The position numbers and the translations under genes are program-made. Under the pieces are notes generated by a model, which saw only the letters and a list, made by a program, of their open reading frames with translations, had not been told where the DNA came from and did not search any database. A stretch of 64,000 nucleotides of DNA. It comes from Laetmonice hystrix (lineage: Eukaryota). Below, piece after piece: positions 38,676 through 51,400 of this stretch; the first letter of the stretch is position 1; each line of letters begins with the position of its first letter. The stretch lies in NCBI GenBank assembly GCA_965235115.1, contig OZ249436.1:18416001-18480000 (forward strand), given 5' to 3'.

Positions 38676-39072
38676 TTCCTGCATAGCAGTACTGCCCGAC
38701 GCCAAGATAAACGACTCTTTAGTGGTTTCTAGTCAGTGACTGTTTAACCTAATCGACTCAGTCACACTGTGGTATCAGGCCAGTGACTGACGACCCCAAC
38801 CTGAGCGATGTCAAAGAACACTGCCCGAGTGCCATATAGACAGTCATCACAACAGTCTGACCATTTCCACCGATCTCGTCTCAGAGACACAAGCATGAAG
38901 CGACATTAGAGGAGCCGTCAATCCATTTAGGTTCACCAGGCCGTAACTATGAAGAACAGCCAAGTACAATTTTTCCCCCAACATTGCAAGTGTTCAAGTG
39001 TACAGAACAGCTGTCTAACTATTCCATTCATGCGCAGTCCGAGCACCCCAGTTTGAACAAACCCTATATACA

Positions 39073-39269
39073 CAGGGGTGTAGGCAGAACTGAGATATGG
39101 GTGGGGCGTGGGGGTTTCCGACTAAGATGGGGGGGGGGGGGGTTCCCAACCGTAATATTAGTAATTCATTTAGATCTATTTAGTTATTTAATTAGTTATT
39201 AATTATCTTTTTTGGGGAGGGGGGGGGGGGGGTCCGGGCAACCCGGAAACCCCCCTGGCTACACCCTTG
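39073..39269. mobile_element. CAG-type MITE, 5-bp TSD
   Basis: Imperfect TIR CAGGGGTGTAG / CTACACCCTTG. ATACA on both sides. Confidence 0.75.
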
Positions 39270-39599
39270 ATACATGTATACATTCTAGGTGTACTGTCAT
39301 TTGCTGGAGACGTATTTGGTTTTTATCTAAAATTCCTTCATCCAGCCATAGAAGAGTTTCCACATGCACTTGTCCCTAAGGAAAGGATATACATGGGATC
39401 AATGATACACAAGTGAATAACGTCGTCGTAATAAGGCACATCTAAAAAAAAGAGTGTTTCTTGTTATATTTTTACATTGAAGAAGCTTCCGCACTTACTT
39501 AACATGTTGCAAATGGGTATTTTAAGCCATGGATACCAATCAAAACCGCTTTAATTGGACTTTTCGCCAAATTGCTTCGGAAAGGTTTTCACACATTTA

Positions 39600-39885
39600 T
39601 TGCGACAAGAAACCGGCACATATCGCAGGACTATGATATTGCAGAAAGTAACTCAAATACAGGAGAATAAAAACACTGATCGTATTGATAGAAGAGAGGT
39701 TCCCACTCGACTCCATGACGCTGGTGTTTTACATATTCCTCAACCAAAAAGTGAGCTTTTTAAGAAATCCAAATATTACAATGCACCAGTCTCTTCAAAC
39801 AACTTGCCTGTCTATTTACGATCCATTAAAGATAGAAATGATTTCAAATAAGAAATTAAGAAACATTATATTCGAATGTTTTTAA
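39600..39885 (+). mobile_element. CR1/L2-like LINE 3' fragment
   Basis: ELFKKSKYYNAPVSSNNLPVYLRSIKDRNDFK resembles the F..S..Y.....WN.LP..IR.....FK tail of that group. Confidence 0.5.
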
Positions 39886-40645
39886 ATGACAACAGCAGAA
39901 ATGTCAATGCTTGGTTGTAGTAATGGTTGTTAGATCTACATACACACTCAATTATTGTAGGAACTGCTTTGACTCAGGGTTTTAAGTTGTGATGGCAGAT
40001 ATAGCCGAGTGGTTAGTCCTCGTTAAAGATGGTCAATAAAAAAAAACAAATAACAACCCAAAGTTTCCTTGCAGCGGGAATGTCAGCAGCTGCACACAGT
40101 AACGCACGAATGTGAATGCCGCTTGCGCAGTTTTGTGATGGTCTTTTAATATCTGGATTCCAGAGACCTTTGCGTTCCTCAACCAAGAGTCTAAAGAAGT
40201 TTTCCAGTGAAACGGGTTCCTTTTAGAATGCAGGTATTATTCCTCTCTCCTGTTTCAAACGCACCTCACGAGACAGGTTTTGTCCGCTGGGATTCTGTCC
40301 TGCCTTTTTGTCACCACCATGCATAGGGGTGCATACACAATCCCAGCGGACAAAATTCCAGGAGAAAATCCCGTAGGAGAAATATACTGGTATGAGGAAA
40401 GGAATAAGGAAACGAATGAAGTCCGATGCTGACAGATATGCAACAAAATGTATTTTTAAAATAAGGATATTTTCCGGTAATTATTTGCATTTTAAGAAAT
40501 TTGAAGACACCACACAGAGTAAGGAAATTTGTTCTCGGAAATACAGCTTAATTGCAAAGCTCTAATTAGTCCAGCTCTAATTAGGCGGTGATAATTAAAA
40601 GATATAAGATACGGAACTGTCCCTAAAAAGTACAATTACCGTGTA

Positions 40646-41419
40646 CAGTAGAACCTCACCTAACGACCACCTCAGAAATAAGACCACCTCAAAAATACGA
40701 CCACTTTTGAGCAGTCCCAAAATTATCCCTATATTTTCAATGTATTTAAGTTTCAGAAATACGACCACCTCGGAATTCACTTTTACGACCACTTATTTCA
40801 GTCCCAAATTGGATTCAACCTCACAATAACGACCAGTCAGTAACCAGATGGAGTGGCTGGCAGTGTTTATGTAGTTGTAAGACAATGGGAGGTGCGACTT
40901 GGATTAACAGACTTTCTGCCCACCTTGAGCCTAAATAACAGCAGTGTTTGTAGAGACTTTATGAACACAATGGGAGGTGCGACTTGGATTAATGGGCCGA
41001 GGTGTTTCTGTCCACCTATAGACCCTACTTGAGTCACTATAAACCGAGACTGATTTTTGTATTCCACACACTTGTTCCTGTTCATCCAACTCAGTCTTGT
41101 CATAGTTTTCAGTTATTCCCAAGTTTTAGAGTGTTTCAAGTTCGTCTTTCTCTTCATGCAAATAAACACTGGAAAAGGATAGAGGAGGACTATTATACAT
41201 GTATGTAAATGTAGGCCCATGAATCTTTGTCTATGGCATCCTTTACTGACATCATGCTGATATACCTATGAGCATCCCTAATCCAGGTTAAATGATAGGC
41301 CCCCCCCCTATACCCAAAACCCTTCTTAATCCAGGTCAAATTTCAGAATTACGACCATCTCAGAATTACGACCACTTTCGGCCAGTCCCTGAGGTGGTCG
41401 TATTTGTGAGGTTCTACTG
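40646..41419. mobile_element. Tc1/mariner (pogo/Tigger-like) MITE, TA TSD
   Basis: TA|CAGTAGAACCTCAC ... GTGAGGTTCTACTG|TA, with subterminal ACGACCAC repeats. Confidence 0.85.
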
Positions 41420-42896
41420 TATATTGCAATAAATTATAGAGCCATTAAGGAATATCACCACGTGACCAGGTGTTTCAAACAGCACTAAAAATGCCTTTAA
41501 TATAGGGTGTAGAAATTCAGCAAGATGCTTGCATTAGTAACTAATCAAACAGCCCACATGATCCAATTTAAATATGACTAATCCTATTAATCTGCTTTGA
41601 TATGTCATCATCTGACGTAGTCTCATCACCCTCTTCACTGTCCATAAAATCATATTTGTATATATTTCTATTATCATGACAAACCGCTTCTTTCTCAATG
41701 TCATCCCCAATAAAGACAATTAATTTTCATATCTTCATATCTCAGGTAAATGTGGGGCGTTGTCGGACGATTTGCATGCGGTGACGGCAAAAATCGCTTC
41801 TCGGGCGATTTGAACTATTGCCGGATTGTTGGACTGCTGCATGCCGGATAGTCGGATTGCCGTTTCCGTACGCATCTGTAGCCTACACATTCACTGGATT
41901 TCATTTGGCGACGTTTCTTGTCGCTGCCGCATTATCGTTATCGTTGCCCTTGCCGCAAAAACGCTACATGTGTACACAGCTTCTGCTGTGCTGCAAAAAC
42001 GCACGCTGAGCTTGCTGACCGGACCAGTCAGACCGGTGGTGCGTGACGACCTGTTGACTGACCAAAAGTTGTCCCTGTGTCAGGCTTGAATGAGCAGGGC
42101 TGGAATTGACCATACGCACCTTGGCGAAAATATCCTGCTATATCTAATTCCTCTGAGATGAACTGACCAGACCATTTTACTCTTGACACATTCATAAGCT
42201 ATATCTTCACATCGTATGGCACTACTATGCTAAAAGACACGCTTAAAGTATATCCTGACATTATAAATCCATGTTTTGTTTTGATACAGTAGTAAACATT
42301 TTCTTTTATTATACTCGGCTGTTATAAATCCAAAGGGAGCCATAATGCACTGCTGGTAAGCTGTTATAATGGTGCAGGTCATGTATGACAATAAGGTCTG
42401 CCGAAGGTAGTTCTTTAAGCATAAAGGTGAGTATCTGTGTGTTACATATGACTTTGCGCTAAGCGGAACAAAGTCCCTTACGCTCGACGTACATCAGTGC
42501 ACATCAGTGTGGAACATGACTTTACGGCAGAGGGATTTCCCTTACGCTGGGGGTAAGGTAGCAGGAAGTGTGACATTACGGGACATGATTTGGTGCAGTG
42601 AACATTAGTAATTAATAAATACTAGAGTAAAGTGTACTCTTCTCCTCCAAGAAGGTACTGAACAACTTAAATTTTTTTCTGCCTTATTCCAAAGCAGAAA
42701 TGTGCTGGTACATGTAAATGAACGGTGGGGTATACTGAAATATTACTTTAACCACCTGGCATCATAAGTCGGCATGTAAATTTCCAAAACAAAGTATTCT
42801 TATGTTTTGTTGTCTGTTTTTAAATTTCGCAAACTTCCCTGATAATTGGGACTTTGCTGAGAGCAAATCAAATTTGGAATTGCTATTCGGCGTTTA

Positions 42897-43552
42897 GGGT
42901 CGGACCATTTGATACGGGGGGGGGGAGCTATGGTTTGTATTCACAAATTCTCTTTTTTTCACTATGACCATTAATCAAACTATTTTCTCATTTCGACTAT
43001 ACTATATATTTTTTACATATGGAACAAACTATTTTTTAAAAAGTAGTTTGATGACCAGACTATTGTTTTTTTACCTGTGTTTGGTGAACAGATTATTTTT
43101 TCCAACAAGCCCGACATGGGACTCAAGCTCAACTGGCTTAACCTCGACATTGGTGGCATTTCCTTAATGTTATGTGAAAATCGAATTTGTCCGAGATATT
43201 GGTCATATGAACCCATGTAGAAATTCTCATTCAAATCCATCGCGATTTATTCCAGTTACTGTGCTGAAAAGAAATCCGAAGGACAACCAATGCGACGCCT
43301 GCTGACCTTACTTGCGGTGCATACATTTCGCTCATTATCGAACCAGATGAACTTATGTTCAAAGTTTTGTTGAAATCCATTAAGATTTGTTGCCGTTATC
43401 CCATTGAAACCAAATTGTTCGGACGGACGGCCATATGTGCAGGACGGCCGGACGGACGACGCACCATCACATAAGCTCGACTGGCTTCCAGCCAACAGAG
43501 CTAAAAAACCATAGCCCCCCCCCCTTCCCGCACGTATCAAATGGTCCGCCCC
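42897..43552. mobile_element. MITE, probably Harbinger-type, hosting a HINE
   Basis: TIR GGG(T/G)CGGACCATTTGATACG. Flanks TTA and ATA. Confidence 0.7.
43104..43508 (-). mobile_element. Classical Helentron-associated non-autonomous element (HINE/DINE-1-like); similar relics at ~50970-51307 and ~62250-62524
   Basis: Minus strand starts TTTTTTAGCTC with a 5' stem-loop and a (GTCC)-like microsatellite, has a 3' subTIR copy, and ends CTTGTT. Confidence 0.7.
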
Positions 43553-43786
43553 ATATCACTAAACCTTTGGACCTCAAAGTAACTCGACTTCTTACTAGAA
43601 TTTTACTTCAACAAGTGTCCGAAGTTCACAGCAGTTGTGTTTTCCTTTCACAGACTGTTAATCCATCCAGCTCTATGGCAGCTGAGTGTAGCATAGGTTT
43701 GTTGACCTTTATACTGTACGGATGTAATGTATGTGCACATACTGTGTTGTATATAACATATGTATGGATTCCCCTTACAAAATCTG

Positions 43787-43940
43787 GGCCCGGTTTCTCG
43801 AAAATACTTAAGTCTGAGTTTCACTCAACTTTACTCAACTCAGGAAATGGAGGATTCACATTGGCTAAAAACGTTCTTTTGAGTAGATTTGAGTGAAACT
43901 CAGACTTAAGTATACTTAAGTATGTTCGAGAAATCAGGCC
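43787..43940. mobile_element. Small palindromic Harbinger-like MITE
   Basis: GGCCCGGTTTCTCGAA...TTCGAGAAATCAGGCC with an internal inverted repeat TACTTAAGTCTGAGTTTCACTCAA. TSD not clear. Confidence 0.6.
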
Positions 43941-45413
43941 TTAGTCAAACATGTCTCAGGTCAGGTCAGGAACGTAATGACGAAAGTTTTGCAATGATGA
44001 GGCACATTATAGTTCTTTGAACTGTACGTGGATGGCTCATCTCTTAAATAGGCATAAATTCCATTATTTGGTATCTAATTATTTCACTGACCCCTCGTCC
44101 AAAGGGCTACCAATAAATTATGGCTTGGGTGGCCAAGGGTCAAAGGTCAATCTAGGTCTCCTGCAGATAAAGGTCAATCCAGACTTTTAAGATCTAACAT
44201 CAATGGTCCTGGGGACCAGTGGTCAGTGGGTCGTTCACACTGACCAACAGTATAACCTTGCATAGCATCTGAAGAAGAAAATGAGAGGGGAGAGAATGAC
44301 TAAAATAAGCAGCTGGTTGAGCCTTGTTGCCATGGGAACACCATGATATGACACAGTCTGTCAGCATCCCCAGGCTAGTTTCATGGCAGTCGGCCTGCTA
44401 GCCAGCTGGCCTGCCAGCCAGCCGGCCTGCCAGCCAGCCAGCCTACCTGCTGCCAGCCAGTTAAACACTGCTTCTTGGCCATTGCACTGAGATCAATACA
44501 TCTTTGGTGATGTCCGTTATGTTTTTTTCCTTAAATAGTTCTTCATGGTCAGCAATGACCACACCACTGGCGCCTGTTGGTGCAGGTGTACGGCATTGTG
44601 CCCGTCTCCATCCTGAGATAGGACCCTTGGCACATGGCCGTGGGTAGGGCTGGTAGGGGATGCGGTTGGCTGGCAGGGGCTGCCAGCAGCTGGCAGTGAC
44701 CGCCTGCTGGCCTTCCATCTGGCCCCTCTTTCCGAGTCTAGTGAGAGTCCTCTGGTCGGCAGCTGACGTGATCTGTACAATAATAATATACACGGTTTTC
44801 GCTTTAAGAATAATCGTTCAATAAATGATAAATAAAGTGCATGGTGAACACCCCCTTCTGTGTCTTGCTAAACCCATTCAAAAACTGTCCATCCATGGCA
44901 ATGATAAATATAATGTGTGTGTGTGTAAAACATTTTTGTCCACATTTTTCCAAACATCCATCCATCCATTCTCATTTTGGCTCCTTTGGAAAGGTTCCTT
45001 TGGGCCCATAAGCTCCTTGACCACAAAGTCCTAGTATTGGATCTCATCTTCAAACGACTTCAAGCTTCAATCCCTAACCATGTATGGAGCAGGGCTGTTT
45101 CCATGGAAACAAAACTTGCCGTTTCCTGCCGATGATCCACGTCATCAGTATCCCAGCAGCACCTTTTATGTCTACGCTGACCTGGCCACACTTTCCGCAA
45201 ACTGAACATTCACCTAACTTGCCTGCTAATGGTTTCATTGCCATGGCAACGGCTAGGTTGTCATGGACACTGCTCCAGTCAGTGAAGCGGAGGACAGCAG
45301 GTAATTGAGCAGGGGAAGGTGGAGGTGGGCGTGGCCAGCACAGAGTGGTACAAGCCACCAGCAGGGGTGGCCACAGCGACAGCAGCACGGTATGACAGCA
45401 CCCGCCCGCTCTG

Positions 45414-45488
45414 TCACGCGTCGCCCATGTAATGTTTCTTATGATTCGTCAACATTTCCGTCACCGTCACTAACTTCTTGATGAATGG
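45414..45488 (-). CDS. RASA1: RASA1-like last coding exon
   Basis: ttttacag|PFIKKLVTVTEMLTNHKKHYMGDA*. Confidence 0.85.
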   Translation of the reverse strand, partial: PFIKKLVTVTEMLTNHKKHYMGDA

Positions 45489-48400
45489 CTGTAAAAAAAC
45501 ACAGAATTCTATGCTTCAACAACTGTACTATCCTTCATATTGTTAACCCATATGTACTTTGCACATAAATATCATTGAGCAATTAAAAATAGACTGTTGG
45601 CCACTGAGCCTTGGCATTTTGAAGAAGTAATTTGAGAAGTCACAAAATATATTTTCCCAAGTTGTCGAAGAAAGGAAACAATGAATTGAACTCATGACAG
45701 CAACTTCCTGCATATCATGTTTGATTTAAAGATAAACCGGCGTCATAGGCCAAAAATTAAAAACAATACCAAAGTTCTAATTTTTTGTGTATAGCATAGT
45801 CATAGTATAAGCTTCAAAATAAAGCATTAAAAATGACAGGTCACCCTGCTAATTTTCGAGAAAATGACGGAGAAAAGATTGATCAATTTAACATAATTAG
45901 TCTGTTCGCTCTAAGAAGAGCTCGATCTCGGCCTCATTAAAGCTATTTACTTCATTTGGGGTAATACAGAACCACGTGGAATTTGGTCATATTCTTGAAT
46001 GACAGGCGGTGATGACTTGTGATACGCCAGCTGTGGGTAGACGGGAGGAGGGAGGCAGGTCAGAGCTTTAATGAGGCCGAGGTCGAGCTCTTCTTAGAGC
46101 GAACAGACTATAGGATTCAATGGGGATATAGACCTTCTGGGACGTTTTTATTTCCGTGGAACTACTTCTGCTATTAACATTCTTCCAAATTTTACATATA
46201 TTCATCTTAGGACAATATTGATCATTTTAAACGAGAGAAAAAGGTAGGTCACCGTTCTAATTTTTGATGTAGAGTGGAAAAGCTTCAATGCAAAAAACGG
46301 CTTTCATTAAGTTCAATGTTAAATTGACCAATCTTAACCCATCCTTTTCCCGAAAATGAGAATTAAAACCTATCATTTTTTATGGTTTATTTGAAAGCTT
46401 ATACTATGACTATGCTATACACAAAAAAATTGAACTTTGGTATTACTTTCACTTTTTTGAATATCACGCTAGTTTATTCCAATAGGAAATATCAGTACCG
46501 TTCTCTGCCACCAGATGTAGTGACCGTCCCACGCCGGTTTATCTTTAATACTACATTACAAAATAACTGTAATAAATGTAATCAGACACTCAATTAAGCA
46601 AGATCAAAAGGAAATTGATGCATTATAAACAAGCTTGTGAATCTTAGAGCCTCAACAAGACCAAGTCTAGTGTGGTTCTGTCGGCTGGTGAGCGGGCTGG
46701 GATCGACTCGCTAGCCGGTCTAGAATGCATTACCAGCCTGAGACAGCCACAGTACAACTGAATGAAAAAAGTTTCCAAAATGTAGGCTCGCACTAATCAA
46801 TGCTGCCTTGAAGTAAAAATTAATCTGCTGTGCCAATAAGACTTTAAAAGACCGAAACGCGATTTTTAGAGCACATCCTACATAGAACTATGTTTCTGGA
46901 AATGGACTACGCGACTTGGCTCCGCTTCCGACCAGATGGCAGTAATATTGTAGGCTAGAAATAGGACTAAGGGTCCTGTAGCTTACCAGCAAACAGTATT
47001 AGTTAATAAACTAAAAGGCATATGGGTCAATCCAGGTCAAATCATCAAATTTTCAGAAAAATTCCCGGGTGACCCGATTAGAATTCAACCATTTTTTGCA
47101 TACACGTACTACAACATATATTATGAACCCCTGCAAAATTTTAGGGCAAGATATCCAATAGTTTTGAAGATATGACCCTTTAAACATGCCTGGGAGGTGC
47201 GAATTTCGCGATCTTTTTTTCGCGCATTATTTTTCATGTCATGTTCAAGACCCTATAATCCAGAAGAAGTAGAGCTCTGAAATTTTCAGGATTGGTTCAT
47301 TTCACAGGCTACTATCAGGAGATATCAATCGATGCTTTTTATAGTTATTGACATGTGGTACAGATCAAGTCAGAAATCATGATTTCATCAATACGAATGT
47401 TTGCGAGCCAACTTTTGGCCACGAGCCAGACAAAAACGAACTGCTTAAATCCCTTGAAACTTTTCTGTGTACAGCATCTCGAGTACCCTGTCTACCAGTG
47501 TGTATAATATGAACTCTCTGTTGATTACAACTTTTGAGATATGGGCATCCCAATTCGTAACAAATGAAATAATAGTACAGTTTCAAGCACATTTTTCAAA
47601 AGGAGGGATAGGCCACTGAAGGTTTTGTGGCGGCTTTTTGTCTCGTTCCATTCGTTCTTCGTCACACTCCACTTCATCAAGAAAGACAAAGGTCAGTTCT
47701 CCAATGCTCCAATAGGTGGCTTAGCTGGCAGGTGGCAGCACTGCAGTGACCACATGTTTTGATGGCATGTTCAGAGTGATCTAGTGTGAACGTTTTAGGA
47801 CATCGCGAGTTATAGGATCTCAAAGTTTGAGTAAAATAACACAAAAGGACATAAAACCAGGCCAAAAGCTGTGCCCGAGATGTGCATCAATGTTGGGAAG
47901 CTGTGATAATATTCAATATTATCTGTTTGTATTACTGTATAATATGACGCGAATAGAAAAACACCTCTTTTTGAATTGTCAGTCAGTTACAGAAGACTTA
48001 AGCAAGGTGTGCTTGATATCAAAGGAAGGAGTAAATTTCACTCTTCCATTTGAGATGTAATACTTAACTGTACGACCTATTCCGCCTTTCGAAAAATGTG
48101 CTTAAAACTGTATTATAATTCTATTTTTTACGAATTGGGAGACTTCTTATTATACACACTAGTAGACAGGCTACTAGAGATGTTGTACACAGAGTGACAC
48201 GGGATTTAAGCAGTTTGTTTTTGCTTGGCACGTGGCCAAATGTGGGTTCGCAAACATTCGTATTGATGAAATCATGATTTTTGACTTGATCTGTATCACA
48301 TGTCAATTAATATAAAAAATATATGTTGATGTCTTCTGATAGCAGCCTGTGAGATGAATCAATACTAAAAATTTCAGAGCTCTACTTCTTCTGGATCAAA

Positions 48401-51400
48401 AGTTATAGGGTCTTGAACATGACATGAAAAATAACACGCAAAAAAAAGTTTGCGGAATTTGCACCCCCAGGCATGTTTAAAGGGCCATATCTTCAAAGCT
48501 ATTGGATATTTTGCCCTAAAATTTTGCAGCGCTTCATAACATATGCTGTAGTACATGTATGCAAAAAAATGGTTGAATTCTGGGGTCACCCGGGGACCCC
48601 TTGTTGAATTGACCTGGAATGACCCATATATTATTTATCTTGAGTTGTCAAGGTGCACAGCCCATCCAGCGGGATACCCCTTGAGCTCAGCAGACTTAAA
48701 CGATATTAGTATTAACAGTGCTGCCACACTTGATTTTACAAAAAAGTATCACTTTGTTTGAAAAAAAGTATCCAAATTGTCAAAAAAAAAAAAGTATAAA
48801 AAAAGTATCAACCGGCATCAAGTTACCCTGTTTGATATCTATTTGTTACCTTACTACCGGTAAGCTAATATTTCCTGCTTGTGAACAATGTTCTAGAGTG
48901 ATGTATGGTGTGTTGTCAGGGGCGGATCCAGCTTTTTCAAATAGGGGGGATCCAACGTTTTTAGGGGCGACACAGATGTGACTGTCTGAGCGCCGAAGGC
49001 ACGAACTCTGCAAGCGCCAAAGGCACGAAGGGAGAGATTTTCCCGTGACCAATCTCCCATAATGCAGAGGGGCTCACTCCAGTCATTCAGAAAACCTCGG
49101 CCCAACTTCCGGTTGCTTTGCTAGTTGTAGACTCGGACGTCGCAAGCCGTAGAGATATGACAGTGATTCCACGGGTTTGGGTACATCACAACTCGCGTAG
49201 TGTGCAACGGCGCAAAGTAGTTCATAGAATGTCGGTGTTCGGCCTAACGCGGGATTGTTCATCAGGAAAGATGGATAATTTCCAAAGATTTGCAGTCTCG
49301 ATCGTTCTTAGCAGCCGCGACACATTCAGTTTTGCAGTATTTATGAAATCATACGACTTTACTAGCTTGTATCAACATGAGAAATGACGTCATACGCCCA
49401 AAGGAATCCCGAGGGAATCCCAAGTGAGACAGCTCGTCCGTGGGACAAACGTTGACCTCCGTCTGACGATAAACAATGCCAATAGGAATGTAAACATCTA
49501 AAAAAGTATCTATAGAGACCTAAATAGATTTTCTCTGACGTCTAATCCACTTGTCAGAGGTATCAAGCGGAGATCTGTTTTTAAACAAGCCAGACACTGC
49601 TTGTCTTTCACCTTTGTCGGTGTGTCGGTCGTCGCCGTTTTGACCACGTTGTGTCACGTGATCCAACATGGTGACGACTGTGCGATGACTTTTTATGGGC
49701 AAAATTGGGCCCCTACGTGTTTAACCCTGTTTTTGCAAAGTCGGCCGTCCTGCGTGGTATCTGTAAAATTTAACGTACATCTAAATCCCGAAACAGAGAT
49801 TATACGAAGTGACATTCATCGTACAAGAGAAATACCTGATGAAATATTAGGAACTACATTTGCGGAGGGAGATCAACTATAGTCGCCAGTTGGTTGGCCA
49901 ATTTCGGGATGATTCGAAATACTTCGGCTAGGTTTCCGACTAGGTACTTCCATTCCAACATAGCAGCTGCAGATGATTTCTCTGAAGATTTGGAGGTTTG
50001 TCTGGCATCCTATTTTGATAGTTTGCGCCTTAAAAGTAAACAATCAAGAGTGCCTCAGGAGAATCGGGCAGCCATGATTCAAGCTTGGCCATGTTCCGCT
50101 GTCCCGGTCGGGGATTTCTTGGTCAGGTCAGGGGTCACTCAAACGGCAGTACCCAATGTGTGGCAGAGATTGAATGAAGGGAACGATCTCTGTCCGGAAG
50201 GTCCCGTGACGTCATACGACACTTCAGCCGTGTGCACGCACGATTATAGCCCTGCAAACATCCGGCTGTGCACAAGGTGTATTTCACAGGTGCTACAGCT
50301 AGCAAGTGAGCTGAGAGTTTGTTGTAGAGAGTAGGGCCTAAAAGGCCACACAGCCCTAATGACCCGATCGTCGGGCATAAACCAGCGGTGTCACCAACGT
50401 GAGTAAGGACGATTCTGTTGGCTCTTTATTTTCTTGGCCAGTCAGACAGATTACGATGTGATCGTCGGAAGATCAATGGCATTCAAAGCGGCTGATGAGA
50501 ACGTCGCATCGGGAATCCTGGCCACACAAGAAGCCAGCGGGCCTCCCGCTGAGCACTGCAGACGAGATCGTCCCGTCGTAGATGCTCAACATCCCCCATG
50601 TGTTGAATCCGTCGATGTGCGTCGGCTGCCCTGGCCACACAGATCGGGTCGGTCTGTGTGGCCAGGCTTATGTCTCTTCCTTTGTTAAAAGAGACGTCAG
50701 ATTCTTGTGGACTAATGGCAGCGTAGCCATGGCATTAGCTTGACAGAGTAGAGACTAGAGCGGCAACCCGACGAATACAATTTATGGGAAAAGCACAGTA
50801 TATACCGGTAGAAGTTGCATTCGAAATTGAAATAAAGGTCTTCATCCTCGAGGCATGGAAGATGCATAGTTGAAACTTTGAGAGCAATACCACGACGTCG
50901 ACGGTAAGGTGGCACTCTCACCTCAAACATTAGGCCCTTTGTCATATACTACTCGCAGTTACGCTAGGCAACATCTGAAAATTTCTAACTCCAGCCAGGG
51001 TTTCTGAAGTTTAGAGAAAAAACTACAGCATTCAAACTTACAGCAATCAAAGATCTTAATACACTGAGTAATTTAAAACCAAAATCTCAGAAATGCTGGA
51101 GCTGTTTTCGAGAAATGTGCGATTATGTGTTAAAAAGTGGTAAAAATAAAAATTTTGAAAATATATTTTTAAAAAACGGTCCGAGAGAATGCCCTAAGAA
51201 ATAACTATGCAAAATTTCAGAAAAGAATGTTGATAGTTATCGAGATCTAGCTAACGGCCGGACGCTGGATGCTACCCTATGACAATAGCTTAGCTGGTAA
51301 GCTAAAAACACAGGGCCTATTGGCTATGCAAGCTGCCCTCTGGTGGAATATGATGGCACAACTTTTTAGACATGTCCCTCAGGTTTTCTGAGATTGACAA

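Noticed and set aside
49118..50688. Cluster of 60-146 aa ORFs as a gene
   Set aside because: No recognisable domains. They lie in a transposon-like relic within the last RASA1 intron.
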